Source of the DNA: Gemmatimonas sp.
GTDB taxonomy: Bacteria > Gemmatimonadota > Gemmatimonadetes > Gemmatimonadales > Gemmatimonadaceae
Assembly: GCA_965279375.1 (NCBI GenBank)
Contig: OZ257156.1
Location: forward strand, 1,920,001-1,984,000
Direction: 5' to 3'
DNA length: 64,000 nt
The position numbers were made by a program, and so were the translations under genes. Under the pieces are notes generated by a model. It was not told the DNA's origin and did not search any database. It saw only the letters and a list, made by a program, of their open reading frames with translations. Shown here in pieces: positions 55,396 to 64,000 of this stretch. Position 1 is the stretch's first letter. Every line of letters begins with the position of its first letter.

Positions 55396-56745
55396 ATGAA
55401 TCGACGGACCTTCTCGAAGCTGACCACGCAATCGATGGCTGGCGTATTCGCTGCGGTCGCGCTTCCGCGTTCGCTGCATGGCGCGGCGGGCAGCTTCGTC
55501 GCCCGACTGCAGCAGTCTGCGCCGCCAGTGAATGGCGCCCGACTCAACGGATGGCTGTCAGCAATTGGCGAGTTCGGCAAGAATCCGCAGGGCGGAGTAA
55601 CGCGCCTCGCCTACTCGCCACCCGATCTCGCGGCGCGTGCCTACGTCACGCAGCTCCTGCGTGATGCCGGCCTGACGGTGCGTGTCGATGCGGCGGGCAA
55701 CATCTACGGACGACGCGCGGGAACGCGCGCGAATGCGGCGCCGATCATCTTCGGCTCGCACGTCGATTCGGTGCCGGAAGGCGGCAACTACGACGGCAAT
55801 GTCGGCGTGCTCGGCGCCATCGAAGTCGCGCGGACGTTCAACGAACGCGGTATTACGACAGCACATCCGCTGGACATCGTCATCTGGCAGAACGAGGAAG
55901 GCGGCACCTGGGGCAGTCATCTGGTGACCGCGGCCGTCACTGACGCCGAGCTGGCGACCGTGGCGCGCAGTGGCGTCTCGATTCGCGATGGTGTGACCAT
56001 GCTGGGCGGTAACGTAGCGGCACTCCCGACGGCGCGGCTGCAGAAGGGGCAGGTGCACGGGTATCTCGAGCTGCACATCGAACAAGGCGGCATTCTCGAT
56101 CGCGAGAAGCTGCAGATCGGCATCGTCGAAGGGATTGTGGGGCTGCGCGAGTGGGACGTCACCATCGACGGCGTCGCGAATCACGCCGGCACAACGCCGA
56201 TGGCCGAGCGCCATGATGCGATGCTGGCCGCCGCGCGATTCACTGAGCTGGTGAATCGTGTGGTCACCGGCGAGAGCGGGCGACAGGTGGGGACCGTCGG
56301 ACGCATTCAGGCGTTTCCCGGCGCGCCCAACGTGGTACCGGGACGCGTTGCGTGCACACTCGAGCTGCGCGACCTCGACGACCGCAAGATCCAGCGACTC
56401 TACGAGACCATCGTGGCGGAATCGAAGAAGATTGGCGCGATGAACGGCACGACGTTCAACTACCACGAGTTCGTCACACACGAGTCCGCGCTGTGCGACG
56501 AGCGCGTGCGCACCATCGTCGGCGATTCCGCCAAGTCGCTCGGCTTCACCAGCAAGAGCTTGCCGAGCGGAGCGGGCCATGATGCGCAGAACCTCGCGCG
56601 CATCTGCCCCATGGGAATGATCTTCATCCCCAGCGTCGACGGCATCAGTCACGCACCAAAGGAGTTCTCGCGTCCGCAGGACATCACCAACGGCGCGAAT
56701 GTGCTCGCAGCCGCCGTGCTGCGCATGGACCGCGCGACGTTCTAG
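55396..56745 (+). CDS. Zn-dependent amidohydrolase (allantoate/N-carbamoyl-amino-acid hydrolase, M20) with a Tat signal
   Basis: MNRRTF signal, GSHVDSVPEGG.YDG, NEEG, ELHIEQG, NHAGTTPM and SGAGHDA. Confidence 0.92.
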   Translation: MNRRTFSKLTTQSMAGVFAAVALPRSLHGAAGSFVARLQQSAPPVNGARLNGWLSAIGEFGKNPQGGVTRLAYSPPDLAARAYVTQLLRDAGLTVRVDAAGNIYGRRAGTRANAAPIIFGSHVDSVPEGGNYDGNVGVLGAIEVARTFNERGITTAHPLDIVIWQNEEGGTWGSHLVTAAVTDAELATVARSGVSIRDGVTMLGGNVAALPTARLQKGQVHGYLELHIEQGGILDREKLQIGIVEGIVGLREWDVTIDGVANHAGTTPMAERHDAMLAAARFTELVNRVVTGESGRQVGTVGRIQAFPGAPNVVPGRVACTLELRDLDDRKIQRLYETIVAESKKIGAMNGTTFNYHEFVTHESALCDERVRTIVGDSAKSLGFTSKSLPSGAGHDAQNLARICPMGMIFIPSVDGISHAPKEFSRPQDITNGANVLAAAVLRMDRATF

Positions 56746-56785
56746 GCGCAGCTGTGCTGCTACGAAGGCGCCGCGCGTTGGTTGG

Positions 56786-57811
56786 TTAGCGGCGTCCCGG
56801 GCGCGAGGGACGGATCGCTGCGAGCGCGTCGCGCATCGCCTGCAGCACGACCGCGAACGCAGGGTGCGTCGGTTCGAGCATGGTGAAGTGACTCGTGGTG
56901 TCGGCGATGACGACCCAGCTGCTGTCGCCGGCTCGACGCGCGCGCTCGGCGTACGGCGTCATGGCGCCGGCGGCCGAGCCGAAGGTGTAGAGCCGCGCAT
57001 CGAGTGAGCCGCGTACCATCGCCTGTGGAACGCCGAGAGGGAGAAACTCCGAGGGGGACGCGTCGCGCCAGCGCGCAGGCTGCGCACTCGGCAGGCTGCC
57101 CAGGAGCTGCTCGAGGACGTTCCCGCCGCAGATCTTGCTGATGCCTTCGTTCGACGCGACGAGATCACCCGGTCCGTCGAGCGCAACGACGGCCTGAATG
57201 GGGAGCGGGGGCGTGGTCGCGTGGATGGCGCTGGTGGCCGGCAGCTTGGGCTGTGCCGCGAGCCACAAGGCGAGATGCGCACCGGCGGAATGCCCCGAGG
57301 CAATCACGCGGGTGAGGTCGAGATGGTACTTGGGTGCCAAGTCGCGCAGCAGGCGGGTTTCCGCAGCGACGTCGAGAAATGTCCCGGGCCATCCGCCGCC
57401 GTCCTCGTCGGCTCGTCGGTACGAGATCGTCCACGACGCGATGCCCGCTTGACGCAGCGCCTCGGCCATCGGGCGCATATACCGCGCGTCCGCGTACTTG
57501 GTGATCCAGCAGCCGCCATGAATGACGATGGCTACTGGATGCGGCCCGTTGCCGGCAGGGACACGCAGCTCGGCGGCGAGGTCCTTCGTACCGGAGCGCC
57601 ACACAACGGTCGTGTCGGCGCGCGGAACGGCCTGCGCTTCGAGTGTTCCCGTAGAGACGCGCTGTGCGAGCAGCGGAGAGGACACGCTCACTATGCCAAG
57701 ACAGAGCAGTCCGAGTGCGCAGGCGATGCGTTGCACTGAGGAGCGCGGCGGGTTGCGCTGGGCAAGCGGGGAGGCGGGGGGCGCCTGCGGCGGGCGGCGG
57801 AGGATCGGCAT
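56786..57811 (-). CDS. Exported alpha/beta hydrolase (esterase/lipase)
   Basis: IHGGCW oxyanion motif, GHSAGAHL nucleophile, D and H candidates, and a signal peptide. Confidence 0.9.
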   Translation of the reverse strand: MPILRRPPQAPPASPLAQRNPPRSSVQRIACALGLLCLGIVSVSSPLLAQRVSTGTLEAQAVPRADTTVVWRSGTKDLAAELRVPAGNGPHPVAIVIHGGCWITKYADARYMRPMAEALRQAGIASWTISYRRADEDGGGWPGTFLDVAAETRLLRDLAPKYHLDLTRVIASGHSAGAHLALWLAAQPKLPATSAIHATTPPLPIQAVVALDGPGDLVASNEGISKICGGNVLEQLLGSLPSAQPARWRDASPSEFLPLGVPQAMVRGSLDARLYTFGSAAGAMTPYAERARRAGDSSWVVIADTTSHFTMLEPTHPAFAVVLQAMRDALAAIRPSRPGRR

Positions 57812-58043
57812 GGTGACAAATCAAACACGATCCAGCCCGCCGCGTGCCAAGCAGACTGCACGGCCACGAGATTCGCGCGCACTTCTCGCGCCGTGCAGGG
57901 AAACACGCTCGACTCGTCGAGCCGGGCGTCGTCCACATCGCCGACGATCGCCAGGCGACGTTCCGCTGTACGATCTCGACGATGCACTGCAATGAGCCGA
58001 CGTCAGGGGCGGCCGCATCGCTCACGCGGCGGCCGCATCACGA

Positions 58044-58253
58044 TCAGTCGGCGCGCTTTGGCGTGTTGGCCAGCTTCTGCTCCACCTTCCCAAGGACCTG
58101 CTGAGCCTTCCCCTTGAGCTGCTCGCCCTTCCCCTTGAGCTGCTGCGAGGTGTCGCCGGTCACTTCGCCAATCGCGCTGCGAGCGCGGCCTTCGGCCTCG
58201 GTCACGGCGCCCTCGATCCGGTTCTTCGTGCCCTTCTCATGCATCTTGGACAT
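58044..58253 (-). CDS. csbD: CsbD-family general stress protein
   Basis: NRIEG...GRARSAIGEVTGD...LKGKGEQLKGKAQQVLG. Confidence 0.88.
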   Translation of the reverse strand: MSKMHEKGTKNRIEGAVTEAEGRARSAIGEVTGDTSQQLKGKGEQLKGKAQQVLGKVEQKLANTPKRAD

Positions 58254-58316
58254 GGTAACTCCGATGTGAAAGGTGTGCGTGCCCGTCACACTTTCCGAGC
58301 ACACGGTACCTTGGGG

Positions 58317-58332
58317 TGCAAGTACCGGGCCT
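58317..58332 (-). promoter_or_regulatory. Candidate sigma54 (-24/-12) promoter of csbD
   Basis: Minus strand AGGCCCGGTACTTGCA (GG-N10-GC). Confidence 0.55.
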
Positions 58333-58430
58333 CGGCGTGTGCCACCTGGTCCGCATGTCCCGCATGCGTCACAGTGTGAAAAAAGATCCACGCATCGTCC
58401 CTCACCCCTCTTTAACGCGACCCTCACACC

Positions 58431-58952
58431 ATGAACTGCTCACCATCGATTCCAGTGCCTCGAACATCCACGCAGCGATCGTTGCGCAGCATCGCAATTG
58501 CATCAACCATCATGCTGCTCGCGGCGGTACGGAGTGCCAGTGCGCAACTCGCCGATACCAAGGCGCTCACGGCTGACGCAGTGAAGTCGATGCTCGCCGC
58601 AGCCGAGTCCAAGGCGAAGCAGAACAAGTGGCCCGTGTCGATCAGCATCGTGGATCCGAACGGAGATCTGCTCGGCTTTCTCAAGCTCGACGGCGCGAGT
58701 GTAGGGACCGTTCAGGTGTCGCAGGGGAAGGCTCGCACCGCTGCACGCTTCGGTCGCTCCACCAAGGTCTACGCGGATCGGATCGCCAACGACACACTCA
58801 ACTTTCTGTCTGTCGACGGCGTCTACACGCTGCAAGGCGGATTGCCGATTCTCGTTGGTGGTCGCGTCATTGGAGCCGTTGGTGTGAGCGGTGCAACGAG
58901 TGCGCAGGACGAAGAGGTATCTGCTGCGGCGATCGCTGCGATAAAGCCGTAA
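58431..58952 (+). CDS. GlcG/HbpS-family heme-binding protein, exported
   Basis: VSISIVDPNG, DGA, KARTAA, GGLPI...IGAVGVSGA..QDEE and a signal peptide. Confidence 0.88.
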   Translation: MNCSPSIPVPRTSTQRSLRSIAIASTIMLLAAVRSASAQLADTKALTADAVKSMLAAAESKAKQNKWPVSISIVDPNGDLLGFLKLDGASVGTVQVSQGKARTAARFGRSTKVYADRIANDTLNFLSVDGVYTLQGGLPILVGGRVIGAVGVSGATSAQDEEVSAAAIAAIKP

Positions 58953-59099
58953 CAGGGCGTTGCATTGAGGCGCTCTCGCGGCGGTTGGCATGGAACGTGC
59001 CCAGTAACGCGAGGGCGCTGAAGCAACCGGCTGGCAGACTGTACGCGAGGTGAATCGCGCAGTGGTTGCGCGCACATCTCCCGCACAGGCTGGCTACAT

Positions 59100-61349
59100 A
59101 TGCGCATCGTTCTGAAGTACAGTGACATTAAACGGAAGCAGTTCGTACCGCAGCAGACTCGACGCGCCGGATACATCGGTGTCTCAGGCGCAGCGTTCGT
59201 AGCACTGCTCGCGGCATCTCTCGCCACTCCCGCTGTGGCAGCGGCGCAGGGCGTACGTTTCACGCTTTCTCCCGCCGCCGAGTATACGTGGTGGGACAAG
59301 TCACTGGGCCTCAAGGATGGTGAGCTCCTTGGCGGTCGCGTGGGCGCAGACTTCGGCTCGCTGCTCTCGGTCAGTGGGTACTTTCACACGCGCGGCGGGC
59401 TCGGCGTGCAGCGCGACAGCATCGGCCCGGTCGGCGGCGTGCTGCCGTCACGCTCGAACAAGACCGATGTTGCGACGTATGGCATCAATCTCGCGCTTCG
59501 ACTCAGTGCAGCGCGCTTCGCACCGTTCATCTCCGCGGGCGCCGGCGTCATTCGATTCGATCCCGACAGCGCCAAACGCATCGAACAGATCAACTACCGC
59601 TACGGCGGCGGATTCCACTATGACATGACGCCGAACATTCGCGCGATGGCCATGGTGGAGGATTCGCGGTTTCGCCTCGCTCCGAACGCACTGTTTCGCG
59701 TGCCTTCCACGACCGTTGGTGGAGCCGGCAGCGACAAGCAGACGACGCGCAGCAACTGGGTGGTGAGCGCTGGACTGGGCATCGCCGTTGGCGGCTCGCT
59801 CGACGGCGTCGATCCCGAAGCAGATCGCTGGTCGGTCGCGTCGATTCCCGTGGAAGCGTTCGCGGGTCGCATCGAGTTTGATGATGCAACGCTGCCGCGG
59901 CAGGCGTTTGCCGGTGTGCGCACCGGTATCGACGTTGGCAACTACGTCGGCCTTCGCGGCTTCTACTGGCAGGGACGCACCGGGGATCTGCGCAACAAGC
60001 AGCAGCTCAACGGCTACGGCGGCGAAGCGCAGTTCAATCTCAATGCATCGCGTGGACCGGCTCCATTTCTGATTGTGGGTGCTGGGCGGCTGGACTTCGA
60101 GAAGGATTATCGCGACAGCCAGGGGCGCACACGCGCCGACGAAACGGCGCTGATCCTTGGCGGCGGCATCGGCATCCGGCTGTCGGACTCGTTTCGACTG
60201 AATGCAGCGGCGCGCGACTATGTGCGTGGTCCGCAGCAGCTCGACAGCATCTCCGGGCTCAAGCAGTTGAGCAACAACTGGATGTACAGTGTGGGGATCG
60301 GATACAGCATCAATCGGTCGCGCCGCGCGGCCGCGCGTCCGAAGCCGGATCGAGACGCGGATCGCTACGCCGATCGCAACGCCGATCGCGACGATGCACG
60401 CGATGGGGCTCGCATGCGAGATCGCGATTCCTCCTACACCGCGGGTGCAGCGCGTCGCGATGGTATGCGCGCGTCGCCATCCCGCGCCGCCAATGATTCT
60501 GCGGCTCGCGCAGAACGTGAGCGGGCGGCTACGGCCGTGCGAACCATCACACTCCCCGTGCCGCTGGTCGGTGAATTGTACGTGCGCTACGGCGACAGCA
60601 CGTCGCGTGCGATGATGCCCATGCCGATGCATTCGCCAATGAACATGCCCGGGAACATGCCGGGGATGATGCCGGGGATGATGGCGCCTCGCGATACCAC
60701 GGTGCGTGCGGCGACGGCGACGGACTCGGTGGTGCGGGCGCTGCAGCTTCGCATCGAGCAGCTCGAAGTGCGTCTGCGTGAGGCAGAAGCGCGTCGCGTA
60801 CCTCCCACTGCAGCAGCACCCGCGACGCCGTCGGTCGAGCCGATGGTCGAGCGTCAGCTCATCGTTCAGATCGATACGGTCGTGCGCCGTGGCACGTCAC
60901 GCACGAACGCGCCGCGCTCAAACTCAGCGACGCAGATCGTGCAGGTTTCTCCCTACGTCGCTGGCTTCGACCAGCTTGTGCTCGGCGTCCAGCTCGACGC
61001 CGGCCCGATCATGGGCATGCAAGCGTTGCGCTTCGTGCCGGACTTCGCGATCGGTCTGGGCTCCGATCCGTCGGTGTCCCTCGCTGCCGGAGCACAGTAC
61101 GACTTCTCCGTCTTGCGGATCGACGAGAAGTCTGCCGTGCGTCCTCACGTGCGCGTTGGACTGGGATTCATCGCGGCCAGTGGTGACCGCGAGTCCCAGC
61201 TCGGAGTGAACGTGGCATATGGCGTGACCTACAGGGGCACAGCCAATGTCAGCGACCCGCGACGGCCTGCGCTGTTCGTGGAGCACCAGGGAATCGATTT
61301 CTTCTCGACGAATCGCTTCCTGGTCGGAATGCGGTGGCAGGTTAGGTAA
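59100..61349 (+). CDS. Outer-membrane protein with three predicted 8-stranded beta-barrel domains
   Basis: Signal peptide, two tandem OmpA/OmpW-type strand sets (APFISAGAG, APFLIVGAG), a low-complexity/coiled linker and a third set (RPHVRVGLG...FLVGMRW). Confidence 0.75.
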   Translation: MRIVLKYSDIKRKQFVPQQTRRAGYIGVSGAAFVALLAASLATPAVAAAQGVRFTLSPAAEYTWWDKSLGLKDGELLGGRVGADFGSLLSVSGYFHTRGGLGVQRDSIGPVGGVLPSRSNKTDVATYGINLALRLSAARFAPFISAGAGVIRFDPDSAKRIEQINYRYGGGFHYDMTPNIRAMAMVEDSRFRLAPNALFRVPSTTVGGAGSDKQTTRSNWVVSAGLGIAVGGSLDGVDPEADRWSVASIPVEAFAGRIEFDDATLPRQAFAGVRTGIDVGNYVGLRGFYWQGRTGDLRNKQQLNGYGGEAQFNLNASRGPAPFLIVGAGRLDFEKDYRDSQGRTRADETALILGGGIGIRLSDSFRLNAAARDYVRGPQQLDSISGLKQLSNNWMYSVGIGYSINRSRRAAARPKPDRDADRYADRNADRDDARDGARMRDRDSSYTAGAARRDGMRASPSRAANDSAARAERERAATAVRTITLPVPLVGELYVRYGDSTSRAMMPMPMHSPMNMPGNMPGMMPGMMAPRDTTVRAATATDSVVRALQLRIEQLEVRLREAEARRVPPTAAAPATPSVEPMVERQLIVQIDTVVRRGTSRTNAPRSNSATQIVQVSPYVAGFDQLVLGVQLDAGPIMGMQALRFVPDFAIGLGSDPSVSLAAGAQYDFSVLRIDEKSAVRPHVRVGLGFIAASGDRESQLGVNVAYGVTYRGTANVSDPRRPALFVEHQGIDFFSTNRFLVGMRWQVR

Positions 61350-61376
61350 CGGCGCGCTCGCGTCGTATCGGGAGGT

Positions 61377-61404
61377 TCCCCGGGCTCCGCTTGGAGCTCG
61401 GGGG
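61377..61404 (+). terminator. Hairpin after the OMP gene
   Basis: TCCCCGGGCTCC-GCTT-GGAGCTCGGGGG, with no U-tract. Confidence 0.55.
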
Positions 61405-61678
61405 CAGGGGAGACTGGCCAGCGTCCGACGGCGCGCAGTTGTGTACGTCGGCAAATGGCATCCGCCACACGACATCCGCATGCTGAAGTGCGCTGCTGGC
61501 GGGATTGCGGTGTGAAGCGTACGATTGGACCGATTCCTCGATTGAACAGTGGGCTGCGCCGATGCCGGTGCGGCCATTGGGTGGGTGCCTAGTACCGCCC
61601 TGCTTCTACCTCCGACCAGCAGCGCGCTGACGCGCGGGATTGCGCATGGCAATGCGAGAGCGCGCTCCGTCATTGGGC

Positions 61679-64000
61679 ATGACTCGGGAAGAGCATGTCA
61701 CGCGACGCGTGATCCAGGAGATGCCCGATCTGGTGGCGTATTGGGACACGGAGCAGCGCTGTCGTTACTCCAACGACGCGCACGGCACGTGGTTTGAGTT
61801 GCGCCCGGAGGAGATGGACGGCAAGTCGATGCGCGAGCTGTTGGGTCCGCACTACGCCCTGAGCGCTCCATACATCGCCGCCGCCTTGCTCGGCGAACCG
61901 CAACAGTACGCGCGACAGTTCCGACTCCCGTCGGGCAAGATCCGTGAGCTGTTGGTCACGTACACTCCCGACGTGGAAGACGGCGTCGTGCGCGGATTCG
62001 TCGCCTACGTGCGTGACGTGAGTGAGGTCAAGCGGCTGCTCGATCGACTGCACGAGGCTGACGCGGCGCTGCGTGCGGCCCAGGCAAAGCAGGCACGCGA
62101 CGAACAGCTGCACATCCTGCTGAACACGATCGGTGTCGGTGTGCTGGTGCAGGGCGCCGAGACCGAGATGCGCATCTGCAATCCGGCAGCGCTCGAAATG
62201 CTGGGGCTCACCGAGGACGAACTGCTGCAGCGCTCCTCGCTGGATGGCAGTTGGCATGTGGTTCGTGAAGACGGTACGCCGTTCGAGCCGGCCGATCATC
62301 CGGTGCCGCAGGCGATCGCCACGAAGACGCCCGTGCTTGGCGTGGTGATGGGCGTGCTTCGTCCACGACGCGGCGACATGGTGTGGCTGCTCGTCGATGC
62401 GGTACCTCGGTTTCACGAACACGGCGAGGTCGCCGATGTGATCTGCACCTTCGTGAACATCACCGCGCGACATCAGGTGGAGCAGGCGCTGGCCGAGTCG
62501 CAGCGTCGCCTGGAGCAGGCGGTGAAGGCGGGACAGATCGGACTGTGGGAATCGGATCTCTCGACGCACAGGATCAGCTACTCCGCGCAGTGGGCGCGCA
62601 ACGTCGGCTGCGAGCCGCAGGAGCTCACGGACTCCCTCGATGAGTGGACATCCCGACTACATCCGGAGGATCGTGAGCGCGTGGTCGGCGAGGTGCGCGC
62701 GTACGTCGCCAGTGAACAGCAGGAGTCGGCGAACGTATTTCGGCTGTTGCACAAGGATGGCCGCTATCGACACATGCTCGGGCGCGGGGTCAAGGTGTTT
62801 GACGCGAGCGGGCGAGCGGTGCGCCTGGTTGGTACGGCTGTGGACATCACCGAGCGCACGGACCTGCTGCAACAGTTGCAGCACGCACAGAAGATGGAGA
62901 GCGTCGGGCGACTGGCCGGCGGGATCGCGCACGACTTCAACAATATTCTCACCGTCATCAATACGGCCGCAGAGCTGGCACTGCAGCGCGATGACGTACC
63001 TCAGTCGCTGCTGGTGGACCTGCAGGACATCCTGAGCGCCGGAGAGCGCGCGGCTTTGCTGACGCGTCAGCTGCTCGCGTTCAGTCGCAAGCAGCTGCTC
63101 TCGCCCGAAAGGCTGTCACTCAACAGCGTGCTGCTCAGCATGGAAAGCATGCTGCGCCGTGTCATCAGCGAAAACATCCGACTCGAGATGGAGATGGGTG
63201 AGTCGATCGGTCGCGTGCTCGCCGATCGCGGGCAGCTCGAGCAGGTCGTCATGAACCTCGTGGTCAATGCGCGTGATGCGATGCCCGAGGGTGGAACGCT
63301 ACGAGTGATGACGTGTCGGGTGCGCCGGGACACCACCGATCTTGGCGACGGCGTGGTCGTGCCGGCCGGCGAGTTCGCGCAGCTGCGCATCAGTGACACC
63401 GGCATCGGCATGGATGAAGCAACGATGCGCATGGTGTTCGAGCCGTTCTTCACCACGAAGGCTCTTGGAGAAGGTACCGGGCTTGGCTTGTCCACCGCGT
63501 ACGGCATCGTGCGTCAGAGCGGCGGCGTGCTCTCGGTGGAGAGTACGCTCGGCGTCGGCACGCGGTTCGAGGTGCTTCTGCCGATTGTCTCCGAAGACGA
63601 CGGCGAGTCCGTCGCATCGCCCAACGAAAGGTTCACGAGGCAAGAGGCGGCGCGCGTGGTATCCGTCGCGGCGGCGGAGCGCGCTGCGCCAGCGGCACGG
63701 ATTCTCGTCGTCGAGGACAATGACGCCGTTCGCGACTTGCTGGCGCGTTGTCTGCGCGACGCGGGCTATCGATTGCTCGTTGCGCCCAGCGGCGAGGAGG
63801 CGCTGCGACTACTTGCCGCAGAGGGCGAGACGGTGGACTTGCTGCTGAGCGATGTGATGATGGCGGGGATGAACGGTCGCGATCTGGCAGCTCAGGTTCA
63901 ACGGACACACCCCGCGACGAAGGTGCTGCTCACGTCGGGGTACATGGATGACGCAATCCTCGGAGCGAGTCGGCTCGACGAGAGCACGCCGTTTGTGAGC
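61679..64000 (+). CDS. Cytoplasmic multi-PAS hybrid histidine kinase, 3' truncated by the window edge
   Basis: Absent from the ORF track because it has no stop. Frame 2 reads MTREEHVTRRVIQEMPDLVAYWD..., three PAS/PAC units, QKMESVGRLAGGIAHDFNN, NARDAM, FFTTK and a receiver (VVEDND, SDVMM). Alternative starts at 61646 and 61652. Confidence 0.9.
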   Translation, partial: MTREEHVTRRVIQEMPDLVAYWDTEQRCRYSNDAHGTWFELRPEEMDGKSMRELLGPHYALSAPYIAAALLGEPQQYARQFRLPSGKIRELLVTYTPDVEDGVVRGFVAYVRDVSEVKRLLDRLHEADAALRAAQAKQARDEQLHILLNTIGVGVLVQGAETEMRICNPAALEMLGLTEDELLQRSSLDGSWHVVREDGTPFEPADHPVPQAIATKTPVLGVVMGVLRPRRGDMVWLLVDAVPRFHEHGEVADVICTFVNITARHQVEQALAESQRRLEQAVKAGQIGLWESDLSTHRISYSAQWARNVGCEPQELTDSLDEWTSRLHPEDRERVVGEVRAYVASEQQESANVFRLLHKDGRYRHMLGRGVKVFDASGRAVRLVGTAVDITERTDLLQQLQHAQKMESVGRLAGGIAHDFNNILTVINTAAELALQRDDVPQSLLVDLQDILSAGERAALLTRQLLAFSRKQLLSPERLSLNSVLLSMESMLRRVISENIRLEMEMGESIGRVLADRGQLEQVVMNLVVNARDAMPEGGTLRVMTCRVRRDTTDLGDGVVVPAGEFAQLRISDTGIGMDEATMRMVFEPFFTTKALGEGTGLGLSTAYGIVRQSGGVLSVESTLGVGTRFEVLLPIVSEDDGESVASPNERFTRQEAARVVSVAAAERAAPAARILVVEDNDAVRDLLARCLRDAGYRLLVAPSGEEALRLLAAEGETVDLLLSDVMMAGMNGRDLAAQVQRTHPATKVLLTSGYMDDAILGASRLDESTPFVS

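Noticed and set aside
57812..58043. 232-nt intergenic region with a hairpin (57856-57898) and a duplicated GCGGCCGCATC, considered as an ncRNA or small gene
   Set aside because: No recognisable RNA family or convincing ORF. It is most simply a terminator or promoter region.
58106..58145. 21-bp-period direct repeat inside csbD
   Set aside because: It encodes the normal QLKGK repeat of CsbD proteins.
61350..61645. c-di-GMP-I riboswitch suggested by GGCAAA at about 61450
   Set aside because: The following GAAA-capped stem and GCAAA second stem are absent.

Overview
This is a GC-rich bacterial chromosomal window with dense coding. The gene content suggests Gemmatimonadota, which is an inference and not a database result. 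Bases 1-14 kb hold a flagellar and chemotaxis locus: two glycosyltransferases, a very short flagellin, fliD, fliS, a FliT-like gene, a small unknown gene, flgM, cheY with a CheZ-like gene, and cheA-W-R-D-Y2-X-B. I can see sigma28-type promoters and a CsrA-type leader hairpin there. The rest is mixed housekeeping and accessory content: alkA, an SPFH operon with a membrane Zn-ribbon partner, a sufE-CDGSH-plsC-epimerase-DHDPS-like operon, ABC systems, an alkene reductase, an Ig-domain cyanophycinase-like lipoprotein, msrPQ, a PAS-GGDEF-EAL protein, a THUMP methyltransferase, many exported peptidases, MATE with DUF2239, uup and hybrid histidine kinases. I found no rRNA, tRNA, CRISPR array or mobile element. 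The best leads are (i) two exported proteins that carry a TonB-box-like segment and a TonB-receptor plug domain but no barrel, (ii) an outer-membrane protein with three apparent 8-stranded barrels, (iii) a paired operator-like repeat over the DUF2239-MATE promoter, (iv) a two-CheY, two-phosphatase chemotaxis design, and (v) shared ECF-like and sigma54-like promoter motifs. All calls come from motif recognition by eye, and no searches were run.
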